Assembly (NCBI GenBank): GCA_951406725.2 | Contig: OX597842.1 | Coordinates: 5,518,001-5,582,000, forward strand | Direction of reading: 5' to 3' | Length of the DNA: 64,000 bases | Origin: Octopus vulgaris | Lineage: Eukaryota | Part shown: positions 1 through 11,306 of the stretch, piece by piece | How the letters are laid out: each line of letters opens with the position of its first letter | Numbering within the stretch: position 1 is the stretch's first letter | Made by a program: the position numbers and the translations under genes | The notes under the pieces: model-generated | Told to the model about the DNA's origin: nothing | Databases searched by the model: none | The model's input: only the letters and a program-made list of their open reading frames with translations

Positions 1-154
1 AAAAGGTAAGGATAATAGTGTTAGGTATGATTATAACATCCATATATGCTAGGTTTCAAAACAATTGACTTAGTGACTGCTGAGAAAAAGCAATTTAACG
101 TTCATTGTAAATTTTGCTTCCACACCCTGTTATATATATGCGTGTGTGTGTATA

Positions 155-535
155 TATAATCAAAATAAGCAACAAGAATGACTCCGGTAATTTGGTACGA
201 TCGTTTCATACTACATCATTTTATTAAATATTGTAAGTATTACCACAGTTTTAAAATGCTGAGCACTATTCAGCAAATTATAGAGGTTTTCTGGGCTCCA
301 CTACTTCAAATGTTCTTAAAATTTAAATCCACATCTTTGTCTATGTATCTACCTTATCTATAATGTTGCCACTTGATATGAAAATTTTTATATTAATGGA
401 AAGCCTCTATAATTTGCTGATGAGTGCTCAGCATTTTAAAACTGTTGTAATACTTACAACATTTAATAAAATGGTGTAGTACGAAACGATCGTACCAAAT
501 TACCAGAGTCATTCTTGTTGCTTATTTTGATTATA
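155..535. mobile_element. Fold-back palindrome (~135-bp arms, ~110-bp spacer), probably inverted Penelope-like terminal repeats
   Basis: TATAATCAAAATAAGCAACAAGAATGACTC... at 155 is the near-exact reverse complement of ...GAGTCATTCTTGTTGCTTATTTTGATTATA ending at 535. It lies next to (TA)n and each arm carries a hammerhead-like core. Confidence 0.75.
410..502 (+). ncRNA. Minimal type I hammerhead ribozyme motif
   Basis: TAATTTG-CTGATGA-GTGCT..(long stem II)..AGTAC-GAAA-CGATCG-TA-C-CAAATTA. Core intact, stem II pairs, palindromic ACGATCGT stem III, GUA cleavage triplet. Stem I has one extra C. Confidence 0.7.
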
Positions 536-547
536 ATCACCCCACGG

Positions 548-584
<37 letters not shown>

Positions 585-587
<3 letters not shown>

Positions 588-816
588 ATGGTTGTATACT
601 GTCAATCTAACAAGAACGTGACAGTAGGGGGTACACCACCGTTATATAGCCCTAGGAGGCATCGAACGCCTCCTGACAGCTTTGACACATTTTAAACTGA
701 AATGTGTCGAAGCTGTCAGGAGGCGTTCGTGCAGGTGCCTCCTAAAGCACCCATATACTCGCGGGTGGTGTACCCTACTGTCACGTTCTGTTAGATTGAC
801 AGTATACAACCATTAT
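585..816. repeat. Fold-back palindrome (~110-bp arms, short loop), Penelope-like relic
   Basis: ATAATGGTTGTATACTGTCAATCTAAC... pairs with ...GTTAGATTGACAGTATACAACCATTAT. The centre has GAAATGTGTC, resembling the 3' half of a hammerhead. A related arm sequence occurs at ~14780-14860 (-). Confidence 0.75.
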
Positions 817-1523
817 ATCGCTCCACCACCGTACACCTCTCTACGAGAGATTTAGAAACTCAATATTTCTTATATATATATATATAAATGGTGGGAAAAA
901 GATGAATTTTATTTAATAATAAACATTGAAAAATCACTACAAATTAGTTGCTGTCGTCCCCAAACCAATTTCTAATGATTATTCCTTGTTTATTGCTAAA
1001 TAAAATTCTTCGTTCTTCTCTGTCATATCTTCATATTCTCATTGTTCTCTTGTCATGTCTATTACTATACACTCTTTATGGTTTGTTCTATGACAGAGGA
1101 ACTTATTTATGAATACTATCGGATTACTTAAATCTATATATTGTAACTTATATATACACCTCCTCAGCTTACAGACGACAGGTGGCAAGTCGATCTAGTC
1201 ATATGTCAGATTTATATTTTAGAACACAATTTTCATTCAGATGGATTATAAAAATATAAAACACGAAAATTTAATCCATAATTATTGTACATGATGTGAA
1301 AAACATTCTATTGTACTGTAAACAAGAATACAATCTAAAATTAATGTAAAAATTAATAGAAATGAAATTCTGCATACATACAATAAACAAACTACTTCCT
1401 GTGCAAAAAGTGCAAATGAAAATAAATTTTTAATCTTCAGTCACGTTCTTGGATTGAGGTAGATGGTTTTTTTGAGGAACTTGGTGAATTTTGAATGGTT
1501 TTAAAATTTTTTTTGCTATATAT

Positions 1524-1689
1524 AGGCGCAGGAGTGGCTGTGTGGTAAGTAGCTTGCTAACCAACCACATGGTTCCGGGTTCAGTCCCACTGTGTGGCAT
1601 CTTGGGCAAGTGTCTTCTGCTATAGCCCCGGGCCGACCAATGCCTTGTGAGTGGATTTGGTAGGCGGAAACTGAAAGAAGCCTGTCGTA

Positions 1690-1732
<43 letters not shown>

Positions 1733-1932
1733 TTGTGTGTCTGTGTTTGTCCCCCTAGCATTGCTTGACAACCGATGCTGTTGTGTTTACGTCCCCGTCA
1801 CTTAGCGGTTCAGCAAAAGAGACCGATTGAATAAGTACTGGGCTTACAAAGAATAAGTCCCGGGCTCGACTAAAGGCGGTGCTCCAGCATGGCTGCAGTC
1901 AAATGACTGAAACAAGTAAAAGAGTAAAGAGT
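1524..1932 (+). mobile_element. tRNA-derived SINE, family A, full length
   Basis: Head GGCGCAGGAGTGGCTGTGTGGTAAG (A box) ... GGTTCAGTCCC (B-box-like), central (TA)n(TG)n, 3' module ending CAGCATGGCTGCAGTCAAATGACTGAAACAAGTAAAAGAG. More than 20 near-identical copies in the window. Confidence 0.9.
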
Positions 1933-2004
1933 ATATCTTGTGATTACAATGCACAGCATCTTGAATATGTTCAACTTTTGCAAAGCATTTGACATTAGGG
2001 TCCA

Positions 2005-2150
2005 TTATCTTCCCCAGACCCAGGTAGTGAATGTTTGGGTCTGAGGGAGGCCTGCATTGCTAGATGCTGCCATAGTTATCGTATGTGCAGCTGTCCAATG
2101 TCCGAAAATCGATTTTTTATTTGTTTCTATATTTAGGTTTTTGTGGTTAG
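2005..2150. repeat. Degenerate dispersed repeat, second copy at ~48280-48370
   Basis: GGGTCTGAGGGAGGCCTGCATTGCTAGATGCTGCCATAGTTATC...CGAAAATC aligns by eye with 48285-48360, which lies upstream of a hammerhead-like relic. Confidence 0.6.
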
Positions 2151-2773
2151 GGTTATGGTCATAAGTCGAGGGGAAGGTTATATCCATTATATAAAATCCA
2201 TTCTGTCTGTGTGTGTCTTCTAGGATCTCCGGCATCCTCCATCCAATTGCGCTCAAATTTGATATGTAGATACCGACGGTATCAGAGCATGTATAAGTCT
2301 TGAAAAAATTACAAAACTCGATTCCAGGTGAGAATGCGATCAATAAAGCCGTGGGAACGTGCATTTGTACGTGCAAGTACATCATGCTTTTCCATCTAGA
2401 TTTACCTCCAGCATCGTTTTTTGTCCTGCTTTTCTTCCGTCAACCTGTACATAACTGCACCTTCCATTTTTTGTTGTTTTTGTACTGCTTAAAGGCACGT
2501 TTCTTTCCTGCCAAGCTTACTGTATAAACCATGTTTGTGTTCTCCCAGTCAACAGCCTTATTACTGGTACTTTAAACTCTTCGGTTGCATATTTGTGTGT
2601 ATAAAATCGTTTTTCTTTGGAATAGAAAAAAAGTCTATCTTTATTTCTTCTTTTGTTGGTGTCTCAAATTTAGGTTAACTCAGTGTTTCTCAAAGGGGAC
2701 AAGTTGTTTTGAGAAAATTTGGTTTAAATGTTTGACAACTCAGCACCGTCCATTGGACGGGGGGCGTTTTGCT

Positions 2774-2806
<33 letters not shown>

Positions 2807-3411
2807 AGATAGATAGATAGGTATGTAGAAGTACATTAGCTATGCATATGTGTGGGCATGTGATGTATATATACACACACACACATATATATCATCATCT
2901 TTTAACGTCCGTTCTCCATGCTAGCATGGGTTATATATATATATGTATATTTGTGTGTCTGTGTTTGTCCCCACAACATCGCTTGACAACTGATGCTGGT
3001 GTGTTTATGTCCCTGTCACTTAGCGGTTCGGCAAAAGAGACTGATAGAATAAGTACTGGGCTTACAAAAGGATAAGTCCCGGGGTCGAGTTGCTCGACTA
3101 AAGGCGGTGCTCCAGCATGGCCGCAGTCAACTGACTGAAACAAGTAAAAGAGAAAAGAGAGAGATTACCGTATACTCTATATCAGGGATGGGCAACTTTA
3201 TGCCAACTGGGGCCACATCGTACCATTTCCAACTGGGAGAGGACCGCATGATAAAACCCACATGCATGAAATATTACTTGCCCACTTCACACTGAGTTTT
3301 TTGCTGTTTTTTGTAATTTATTTTTTTTAGTACGGAAGTTTACATTAAGCTGTCATCTCGTTCGTTATTTCCTATTGATAATAACGATAATTACTAGTGT
3401 AAATAAATTAT

Positions 3412-4045
3412 AGGTGCAGGAGTGGCTGTGTGGTGAGTAGCTTGCTTACCAACCACATGGTTCCGGGTTCATTCCCACTGTGTGGTACCTTGGGCAAGTG
3501 TTGTCTTCCTCGGGCCAACCAAATCCTTATGAGTGGATTTGGTAGAGAGAAACTGAAAGAAGGCAAGCTGGCAGAAATGTTAGCATGCTGGGTGAAATGC
3601 TTAGCGGTATTTCATCCGCTGCTGTGTTTGGAGTTCAAATTCCGCCAAGGTCGACTTTGCCTTTCATCCTTTCGGGATAGATAAATTAAGTACCAGTTTC
3701 GCACTGGGGTCGATGTAATCGACTTATTCCGTTTGTCTGTCCTTGTTTGTCCCCTCTGTGTTTAGCCCCTTGTGGGCAATACAGAAATAAGAAACTGAAA
3801 GAAGCCTGTCTTATATATATATGTGTGTATGTGTGCCTGTGTTTGTTCCCCCACCATCATTTGACAACCGATGCTGGTGTGCTTACGTCCCTGTAACTTA
3901 GCTGTTCAACAATAGAGACCGTTAGAATAAGTACTAGGCTTACAAAGGATAAGTCCTGGCGTCGATTTGCTCGACTAAAGGTGGTGCCCCAGCATGGCCA
4001 CAGTCAAATGATTGAAACTAGTAAAAGAGTAAAAGAAAAAGAATA
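3412..4045 (+). mobile_element. Family A SINE interrupted by a family B SINE
   Basis: Family A head 3412-3562 and tail 3790-4045, with AGAAACTGAAAGAAG duplicated at 3548-3562 and 3790-3804. Confidence 0.85.
3563..3789 (+). mobile_element. tRNA-derived SINE, family B, nested with 15-bp TSD
   Basis: GCAAGCTGGCAGAAATGTTAGC...GAGTTCAAATTCCGCC (B box)...GTCGACTTTGCCTTTCATCCTTTCGGG...TTTAGCCCCTTGTGGGCAAT. Many copies in the window. Confidence 0.9.
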
Positions 4046-4219
4046 GTTCAAAATAGAGGTAAAAAAAAACCAAAAACTTATTGATATTTTATTAAAGAAC
4101 AAATTTCATTATCTGCATCAATGAGATTTTTTGCCTATTCCCATTCTTTACCAAATTTTCAATATTGGGTAGAATTTGGGATGTTGCTACTCTTAGGTTT
4201 TGCTGCAAATTAGTAAAAA

Positions 4220-4392
4220 AAAGCACCCACTACAATCACAGAGTGGTTGGCGTTAGGAAGGGCATCCAGCCGTAGAAACATTGCTAGATCAAACTGGGCC
4301 TGGTGCAGCCTTCTGGCTTCCCAGACCCCAGTTGAACCGTCCAACCCATGCTAGCATGTAAAGCGGACGCTAAACGATGATGATGATGATGA
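4220..4392 (+). mobile_element. Family C retroelement 3' part with (ATG)n tail
   Basis: GGTTGGCGTTAGGAAGGGCATCCAGC...CCAACCCATGCTAGCATG...AAACGATGATGATG. About 12 variably 5'-truncated copies in the window. Confidence 0.85.
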
Positions 4393-4463
4393 TATATATT
4401 ACAGTTAAGAGATGAGGAATTATTTACATTTGGTGGATATTTGTCCTCGTCTTGTTTGTTGTT

Positions 4464-4509
4464 AACACAACATTTCGGCTGATATACCCTCCAGCCTTCT
4501 TCAGGTGTC
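4464..4509 (-). ncRNA. Minimal hammerhead motif, left arm
   Basis: Minus strand GACAC-CTGAAGA-A-GGCTG-GAGGGTATAT-CAGCC-GAAA-TGTT-GTGTT. Stems I and II pair. Confidence 0.6.
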
Positions 4510-4864
4510 TTGGGGAAAATTTCAAACCTGGGTTCTCATTCCTAAGGTATTTTTTGATGTTATTATCGTTATTATTATTATTCAGGTCACTGCCTGGAAT
4601 CAAATTCAGAATCTTGGGGTTAGTAGCCCGTGCGCTTAACCATTATGAGCATATGGTGTAGTGGTTAGGAGCATGGGCTACTAACTGCAAGTTTCTGAGT
4701 TCGGTTCCAAGCAGTGACCTGGGCATATGGCGTAGTGGTTAAGAGCACGGGCTACTAACTGCAGTATTCCAAGTTTGATTCTAGGCAGTGACCTGAATAA
4801 TAATAATAATAATATCATCAAAAAATACCTTAGGAATGAGAACCCAGGTTCAAAATTTTCCCAA

Positions 4865-4910
4865 GACACCTGATGAAGGCTGGAGGGTATATCAGCTGAA
4901 ATGTTGTGTT
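4865..4910 (+). ncRNA. Minimal hammerhead motif, right arm
   Basis: GACAC-CTGATGA-A-GGCTG-GAGGGTATAT-CAGCT-GAAA-TGTT-GTGTT. Confidence 0.6.
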
Positions 4911-5888
4911 AACAACAAACAAGATGAGGACACATATCCATCAAATATAAATAATGTATATACATACATATGTGTATATATTTTGATTGGGTTTTGGAGA
5001 GGAAATTCACAAAAAAGTCATCATCTACTGATTTTTTAATGTGCTTTGTGTGTGTGGGGAAATGTAAAGATGTGCACGACCACCCTTGGACGGTTTTGAA
5101 TGACCACAGAAAGTGCGATCCCTCTAACTGAAAAATTGGGGATTTGTATAAATTTTGTGCCGTTTATATATATATATATATGTGTGTGCGTTAGTGTTCG
5201 TCTCCCACCACTGTTGGTTAAAAGCTTCCAGTTCCATATGAACTTTGCGTTCGAAAGGTCTTCTCAACATTTAGAAAGTTTGGTAATTTCCAAATCGCTC
5301 TGTTCTGCACATTTGGCAACAACGATGCCAGCATCTCTTTCCATTTCTTGCGTTAGCATTTCATCTGCCATGGGGAAACTGAAAGAAATAAATAGTCTTT
5401 TAATTGCTTTCGAGTGAGTAATACCCTGATAAGTGTCTTAAACGACCACTCACACCCTGTGTGTGTCTGTGTGTCTGCGCATGCAGGCGAGGCTGTCTGG
5501 TTAAGAAGTTTCTGCCCCGAACATGTGGCCTTCAAGTTCAGTTCCCACTGCACTCTACCTCTATTAGTATAACCCTAGGCCAAACAAAGCCTTGTAGATA
5601 GAAAGTGAAAGAAACGTGTGTATATGTATGTATGTGTTTATGTGTGTATGTATCTTTATATGTATGTATACATGTTTATAGATGTCTATGTGTGTATGTA
5701 TGTATGTGTGTATATCTATATGTGTGTGTGCTTTGTTTCAGTTATTAGTCTGCGGCCATGCTGGGGCACAGCCTTGAAGAATGACTCGGCCCCCAATACT
5801 TACTTTCCTTTTTAAACCTGGTATTTATTCTATCAGTTACAGGAATGTAAACACACCAGCACTGGTTATTAAGTAGTGGTAGGGGACA

Positions 5889-5928
<40 letters not shown>

Positions 5929-5939
5929 TTTATAAATAT

Positions 5940-6325
5940 TGAGACCTATTGAGTCAAGTACATCAACACCAAAATAAAAATCAAATGGAAATTGTAGATG
6001 TGATACCCGTACAAGTAGCACATAAAAAGCATCATCTGATTGTGGCCGATGCCAGTGCCACCTTGACTGGCTTCTGTGCCAGTGGCATGTAAAAAGCACC
6101 AACCGATTGTGGCTGTCACCAGCCCCGTCTGGCACCTGTGCCGGTGGCACGTAAAAAGTATCCACTACACTCACGGAGTGGTTGGCTTTAGGAAGGGCAT
6201 CCAGCTGTAGAAACACTGCCAGATCAGGACTGGAGCCTGGTGCAGCCTTCTGGCTTCCCAGACCCCGGTCGAACCATCCAACCCATGCTTGCATGGAAAA
6301 CAGACATTAAATGATGATGATGATG
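5940..6325 (+). mobile_element. Family C element
   Basis: Internal GTGGCACGTAAAAAGCACC repeats, AGGAAGGGCATCCAGC core, (ATG)n tail. Confidence 0.8.
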
Positions 6326-6536
6326 AACTAGCTTCTTTACTAGAATTTGGTCGGCCTGAAGCTACAGATGAAGACATTTGGGCCAAGATGCCATGCAGTG
6401 GGACTGAACCCGGAACCATGTCATTGGGAATCCAGCTTCATACCACACAGCCATACACACATCATTTACTCTTTGCTACTCCCACAAAATCCTTGCTTGT
6501 ATATATATATATATATATATAGATATACACACACAC

Positions 6537-6577
<41 letters not shown>

Positions 6578-6599
6578 AACACACACACCCACACATTCT

Positions 6600-6948
6600 T
6601 TTATGCTTTTACTAGTTTCAGTCATTTGACTGTGGCCATGCGGCGACACCACCTTTAGTTGAAGAAGTCAACCCTGGGACTTGTTCTTTGTAAACCTCGT
6701 ATTTATTCTATCAGTCTCTTCTGCCAAAGCGATAAGTTATAGGGATATAACCACACCAACATTGGTTGTCAAGTGATGGAAGGATGACAGACACAGACAC
6801 ACACATATATACAGGCTTCTTTCAGTTTCCGTCTACCAAATCCACTCACAAGGCTTTGGTCAGCCTAAGGTTAGAGTAGAAGACACTAGCCCAAGGTGCC
6901 ACACAGTGGGACTGAACCCAGAACCATGTGGTTGGGAAGTAAGCTACT

Positions 6949-6950
<2 letters not shown>
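6600..6950 (-). mobile_element. Family A SINE
   Basis: Reverse complement of the family A head and tail. Confidence 0.85.
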
Positions 6951-7001
<51 letters not shown>

Positions 7002-7028
7002 CATACACACCCATGCATACATACATGC

Positions 7029-7059
<31 letters not shown>

Positions 7060-7452
7060 CACACCCATGCATACATACACACATACATACATATACATAC
7101 ACACACGTACTTAATGAAAAATCACTTATGTTCGTGACTGTAATTATGTAATTCATTAGTCTGATGCTATCTGCCCCATTAATTGGTTTGTTCTGCATTT
7201 TATTTCCCTCCTTCAAATGGCCCAAAACCAACCATGCTCTGTTGATGCTGGTTTGGCATACTGTCTCTATGTATGTATGTATAGATGCTTGTGTGTGTGT
7301 GTGTGTATATATATACATTTATATAAATGCTTGTGTGCGTGTATATATATAGGTAAATGCTTGTGTGTGTGTCTGTGTGTATATATATATATAAATGCTT
7401 GTGTGTGTGTATATATAAACATGAGTTGTGTGTGTATATGAAAATGCTTGTG

Positions 7453-7501
<49 letters not shown>

Positions 7502-7563
7502 GCTTGTGTGTATATATATATAAATGCTTGTGTGTGTATATAGATGTGTATATATAAAATGCT

Positions 7564-7594
<31 letters not shown>

Positions 7595-7622
7595 GTATAT
7601 ATACACACATATATGCTTGTGA

Positions 7623-7667
<45 letters not shown>

Positions 7668-7677
7668 TGCTTGTGAG

Positions 7678-7715
<38 letters not shown>

Positions 7716-7733
7716 CACATATATGCTTGTGAG

Positions 7734-7766
<33 letters not shown>

Positions 7767-7814
7767 GCTTGTGTGTGTATATATATATATACACTCACAC
7801 ACATAAACAAATGC

Positions 7815-7845
<31 letters not shown>

Positions 7846-8829
7846 AATGCTATCGCTGTGTATGTCTGTGTATATGTATGCTATCTCTGTGTATATGTAT
7901 TTATATATGCATGCATGTATAGCCATCATTAAATGCTTCTGTCTCTGAACCTATTTATAAATGCTCATGTGTGGGTGGGTGTGTATATATATATATATAT
8001 ATATAGACACATACACGCCCAAATATATACACAAACGCACATATATATGCATAGCCACAGAACTACACTTGAATATATAAACACAGATATTTTCCCCAAT
8101 AGCTGCTTTCTTTGAATCCCTTATCTCACCTCCCCACAGATACCCAGCCATGACTCCCACCCCTCCACACTGGGGGCTCCTAACCGCCCAACCCCTTAAA
8201 CAGAGGACAGATATTTCCAGTTCCTACAAGATTAAATGGAATTTGACATTTAAGAAAACACTGTCTCACTGTTTGGATAGCTTTGCCGCTTAATTGAGGC
8301 CTTGTGTGTGTACATGTGTGTGTGTGTGTGTGCGTGTGTGTGTTTGTGTGTGTGTACATGTGTACGTGTGTGTGTGTGTGTATACATGTGTACATGTGTG
8401 TGTGTGCATGCGTTTCTGTGTGTGTGTGTGTACATGTGTGTGTGTACATGTGTGTGTACATGTGTACATGGATGTGTGTGTGTGTACATGTGTGTGTGTG
8501 TGTGTACATGTGTGTATGTATATATACGTGTGTGCATGTATGTATGTATGTGTGTGTATGTATATGTGTGCATGCATGCGTGCATGTATGTCTGCATGTA
8601 TATCTGTGTGTGTGTTCGTGTGTGTGCATGTGTTTACGTGCACACTGAGGCACTCATAGACATGTATATGCCATATATGTATGTATGCACGCATACACTG
8701 TTATGTATATACATGCTTATGCATGTGTGGGTGCATGTACACACATGTATATAATCTAGATGTGTACATATACAAGCATATACTCCTGTTTGCATAATAC
8801 TATTGATAAACACGCACACACCAAAAACC

Positions 8830-8860
<31 letters not shown>
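6951..8860. repeat. Compound (TA)n/(TG)n microsatellite field with short unique islands
   Basis: Recurring AAATGCTTGTGTGTGTATATA and TGTACATGTGTG units. Confidence 0.9.
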
Positions 8861-8861
<1 letters not shown>

Positions 8862-8877
8862 TATACTTACCTATATA

Positions 8878-9200
8878 TCATCATCATCGTCTAACGTCCG
8901 TTTTCCATGCTAGCACGGGTTGGATGGTTTTACGGGGGTCTGGGAAGCCAGGAGGCTGCGCCAGATTCCAGTCTGATCTGGCAGTGTTTCTACAGCTGGA
9001 TGCCCTTCCTAACGCCAACCACTCCGTGAGTGTAGTGGGTGCTTATTATGTGCCACCGGCGGCTGGCCGTGGCCACGATCGGTTGCTGCATTTTATGTGC
9101 CACCAGCACAGAAGCCAGCCAAGGCGGTGCTGGCATCGGCCACGTTCAGATGGTGCTTTTTACGTGCCACCAGCACAGGTATCACAACTACTATTTCCAT
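8878..9200 (-). mobile_element. Family C element
   Basis: (CAT)n then AACGTCCGTTTTCCATGCTAGC...GCTGGATGCCCTTCCTAACGCCAACC. Confidence 0.85.
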
Positions 9201-9218
9201 TTGATATATATATATATA

Positions 9219-9253
<35 letters not shown>

Positions 9254-9257
9254 GGGT

Positions 9258-9420
9258 GGAGGTGTGGCTCTGTGGTAAGAAGCTTGCTTCCCAACCTCGT
9301 TGGTTCCAGTTCAGTCCCACTGCAGGGCACCTTGGATGAATGTCCTCTCCTATAACCTCAGGCTGACCAAAGCCTTATGGGTGTATTCGGTAGACAGAAA
9401 CTGAAAGAAGCTTGTCGCAT

Positions 9421-9482
<62 letters not shown>

Positions 9483-9689
9483 TTGTGTGTGTGTCTGTGT
9501 TTGTCCCCTCCACCATCACTTGACTACCGATGCTGGTGTGTTTATCTCCCCGTAACTTAGCAGTTTGGTAAAAGAGATCAATAGAATAAAGTACTAGGCT
9601 TACAAAGAATAAGTTCTGGGGTTGATTTGTTCGACCAAAGGCAGTGCTACAGCATGGCCAGTCAAATGACTGAAACCAGTAAGAGAATG

Positions 9690-9690
<1 letters not shown>
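9258..9690 (+). mobile_element. Family A SINE (diverged)
   Basis: Head, microsatellite and tail in the expected order. Confidence 0.85.
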
Positions 9691-9742
<52 letters not shown>

Positions 9743-10758
9743 ATTGGGGTTATAAGGGTAACTCACTATGGGATATCAGTTATCCAATATACTGCTAGTG
9801 AAGCACCCAAATGCTAAATACATAAATGCTTATAATTGCAATGCAATTAATTCATTTATTGTATCGAATGGGCGAAGGTAAAATATTTTACCATTAATTC
9901 ATAATACAAATAAGAAAATGGAGGAGCAAATTCATTTCGATCATCAACTTACGGATATTACCATTTCATAATATTTATTAATTATATAAATAGGAACATC
10001 CAAATCGAACAAAACAATATACATCAATATGCAAATTAATAATGCCATAAAACAATACAAATAAACTGCTCCTTACAGCTGTTTCAGCCCATAGATAAAA
10101 TCATCCCATTCTGCCTATATTAGTCAAATGTATTGAGGTAATAAGCAATTGAAAATGAGGATACATGTTTGTGTATAGAGAAAGATTTGTGCTTTGCTTG
10201 GTGTTGAGAGGTTATGACTGAATGGCCAAGAAGAGGCCATTAGTCAGCCTAGGGCTATAATACAAGACACTTACCCAAGGTGCTGGACAGTGGGATGGAA
10301 CCCTGCACCTTACAGCTGATAAAAACGAAAATGTATGCAAGAATATTGGACAAATAAAAACCACAGACACTCTGTTAATTTATTCTAATTAATTCGTTTG
10401 AATATTCATCTAAGGTGTATAACGAAGAAATTATGCATTACTTAATGTTCTCATGGGGGTGGGGATTGTGGTGGAGGGGGTTTTATTAGGGCATTGTGTG
10501 TGCTGTTATACCTATAGAGCCACCTACATAAATTATGTTGATGAGGCACCGTCATCTACATAAATTATGTTGATGACTGCCCTATATTGTCTTGTATCAC
10601 TTAGCTGTCAGCTCATCTAGAACTGAGAGAAAACATGTTTATACAAACACACACAAATCCTTATACATAGATAAACATATACAAACATGACGCCTACGTA
10701 TGCATATAAACATACTGTCGATTGTGTGTGTATTCATAGAAATTCACACATATATATA

Positions 10759-10923
10759 GGCGCAGGAGTGGCTGTGTGGTAAATAGCTTGCTAACCAACC
10801 ACATGGTTCCGGGTTCAGTCCCACTGCATGGCATCTTGGGCAAGAGTCTTCTGCTATAACCCCGGGCCGACCAATGCCTTGTGAGTGGATTTGGTAGACA
10901 GAAACTGAAAGAAGCCCCTCGTA

Positions 10924-10976
<53 letters not shown>

Positions 10977-11300
10977 TTGTGTGTCTGTGTTTGTCTCCCT
11001 AGCATTGCTTGACAACCGATGCTGGTGTGTTTACGTCCCCGTCACTTAGCGGTTCGGCAAAAAGAGACCGATAGAATAAGTACTGGGCTTACAAAGAATA
11101 AGTCCCGGGGTCGATTTGCTCGACTAAAGGCGGTGCTCCAGCATGGCCACAGTCAAATGACTGAAACAAGTAAAAGAGAAAAGAGACCGATAGAATAAGT
11201 ACTGGGCTTATAAAGAATAAGTCCCGGGGTCGATTTGATTCGACTAAAGGCGGTGCTCCAGCATGGCCGCAGTCAAATGACTGAAACAAGTAAAAGAAAA
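10759..11300 (+). mobile_element. Family A SINE with tandemly duplicated 3' ~120 bp
   Basis: AAGAGACCGATAGAATAAG...AAGTAAAAGA occurs twice (~11061-11180 and ~11181-11300). Confidence 0.9.
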
Positions 11301-11306
11301 GAAAAA

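Larger units (their letters stand above)
4419..4955. mobile_element. Palindromic element: divergent tRNA-like heads, (AAT)n tracts and hammerhead-bearing arms
   Basis: The ~235-bp arms are reverse complements. The centre has one minus and two plus copies of GGCATATGGCGTAGTGGTTAAGAGCACGGGCTACTAAC...GTT(C/T)GATTC. Confidence 0.8.

Noticed and set aside
2005-2385. 126-aa ORF as a host gene
   Set aside because: No recognisable domain, and it overlaps a dispersed repeat with a second copy near 48280.
3183-3260. hAT-like terminus CAGGGATGGGCAAC
   Set aside because: No partner TIR or 8-bp TSD was found, and it is too short to support a call.
4650-4795. Functional tRNA genes (also family D and E heads)
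   Set aside because: A and B boxes are present but I could not build a proper cloverleaf or acceptor stem. They are treated as SINE-type heads.
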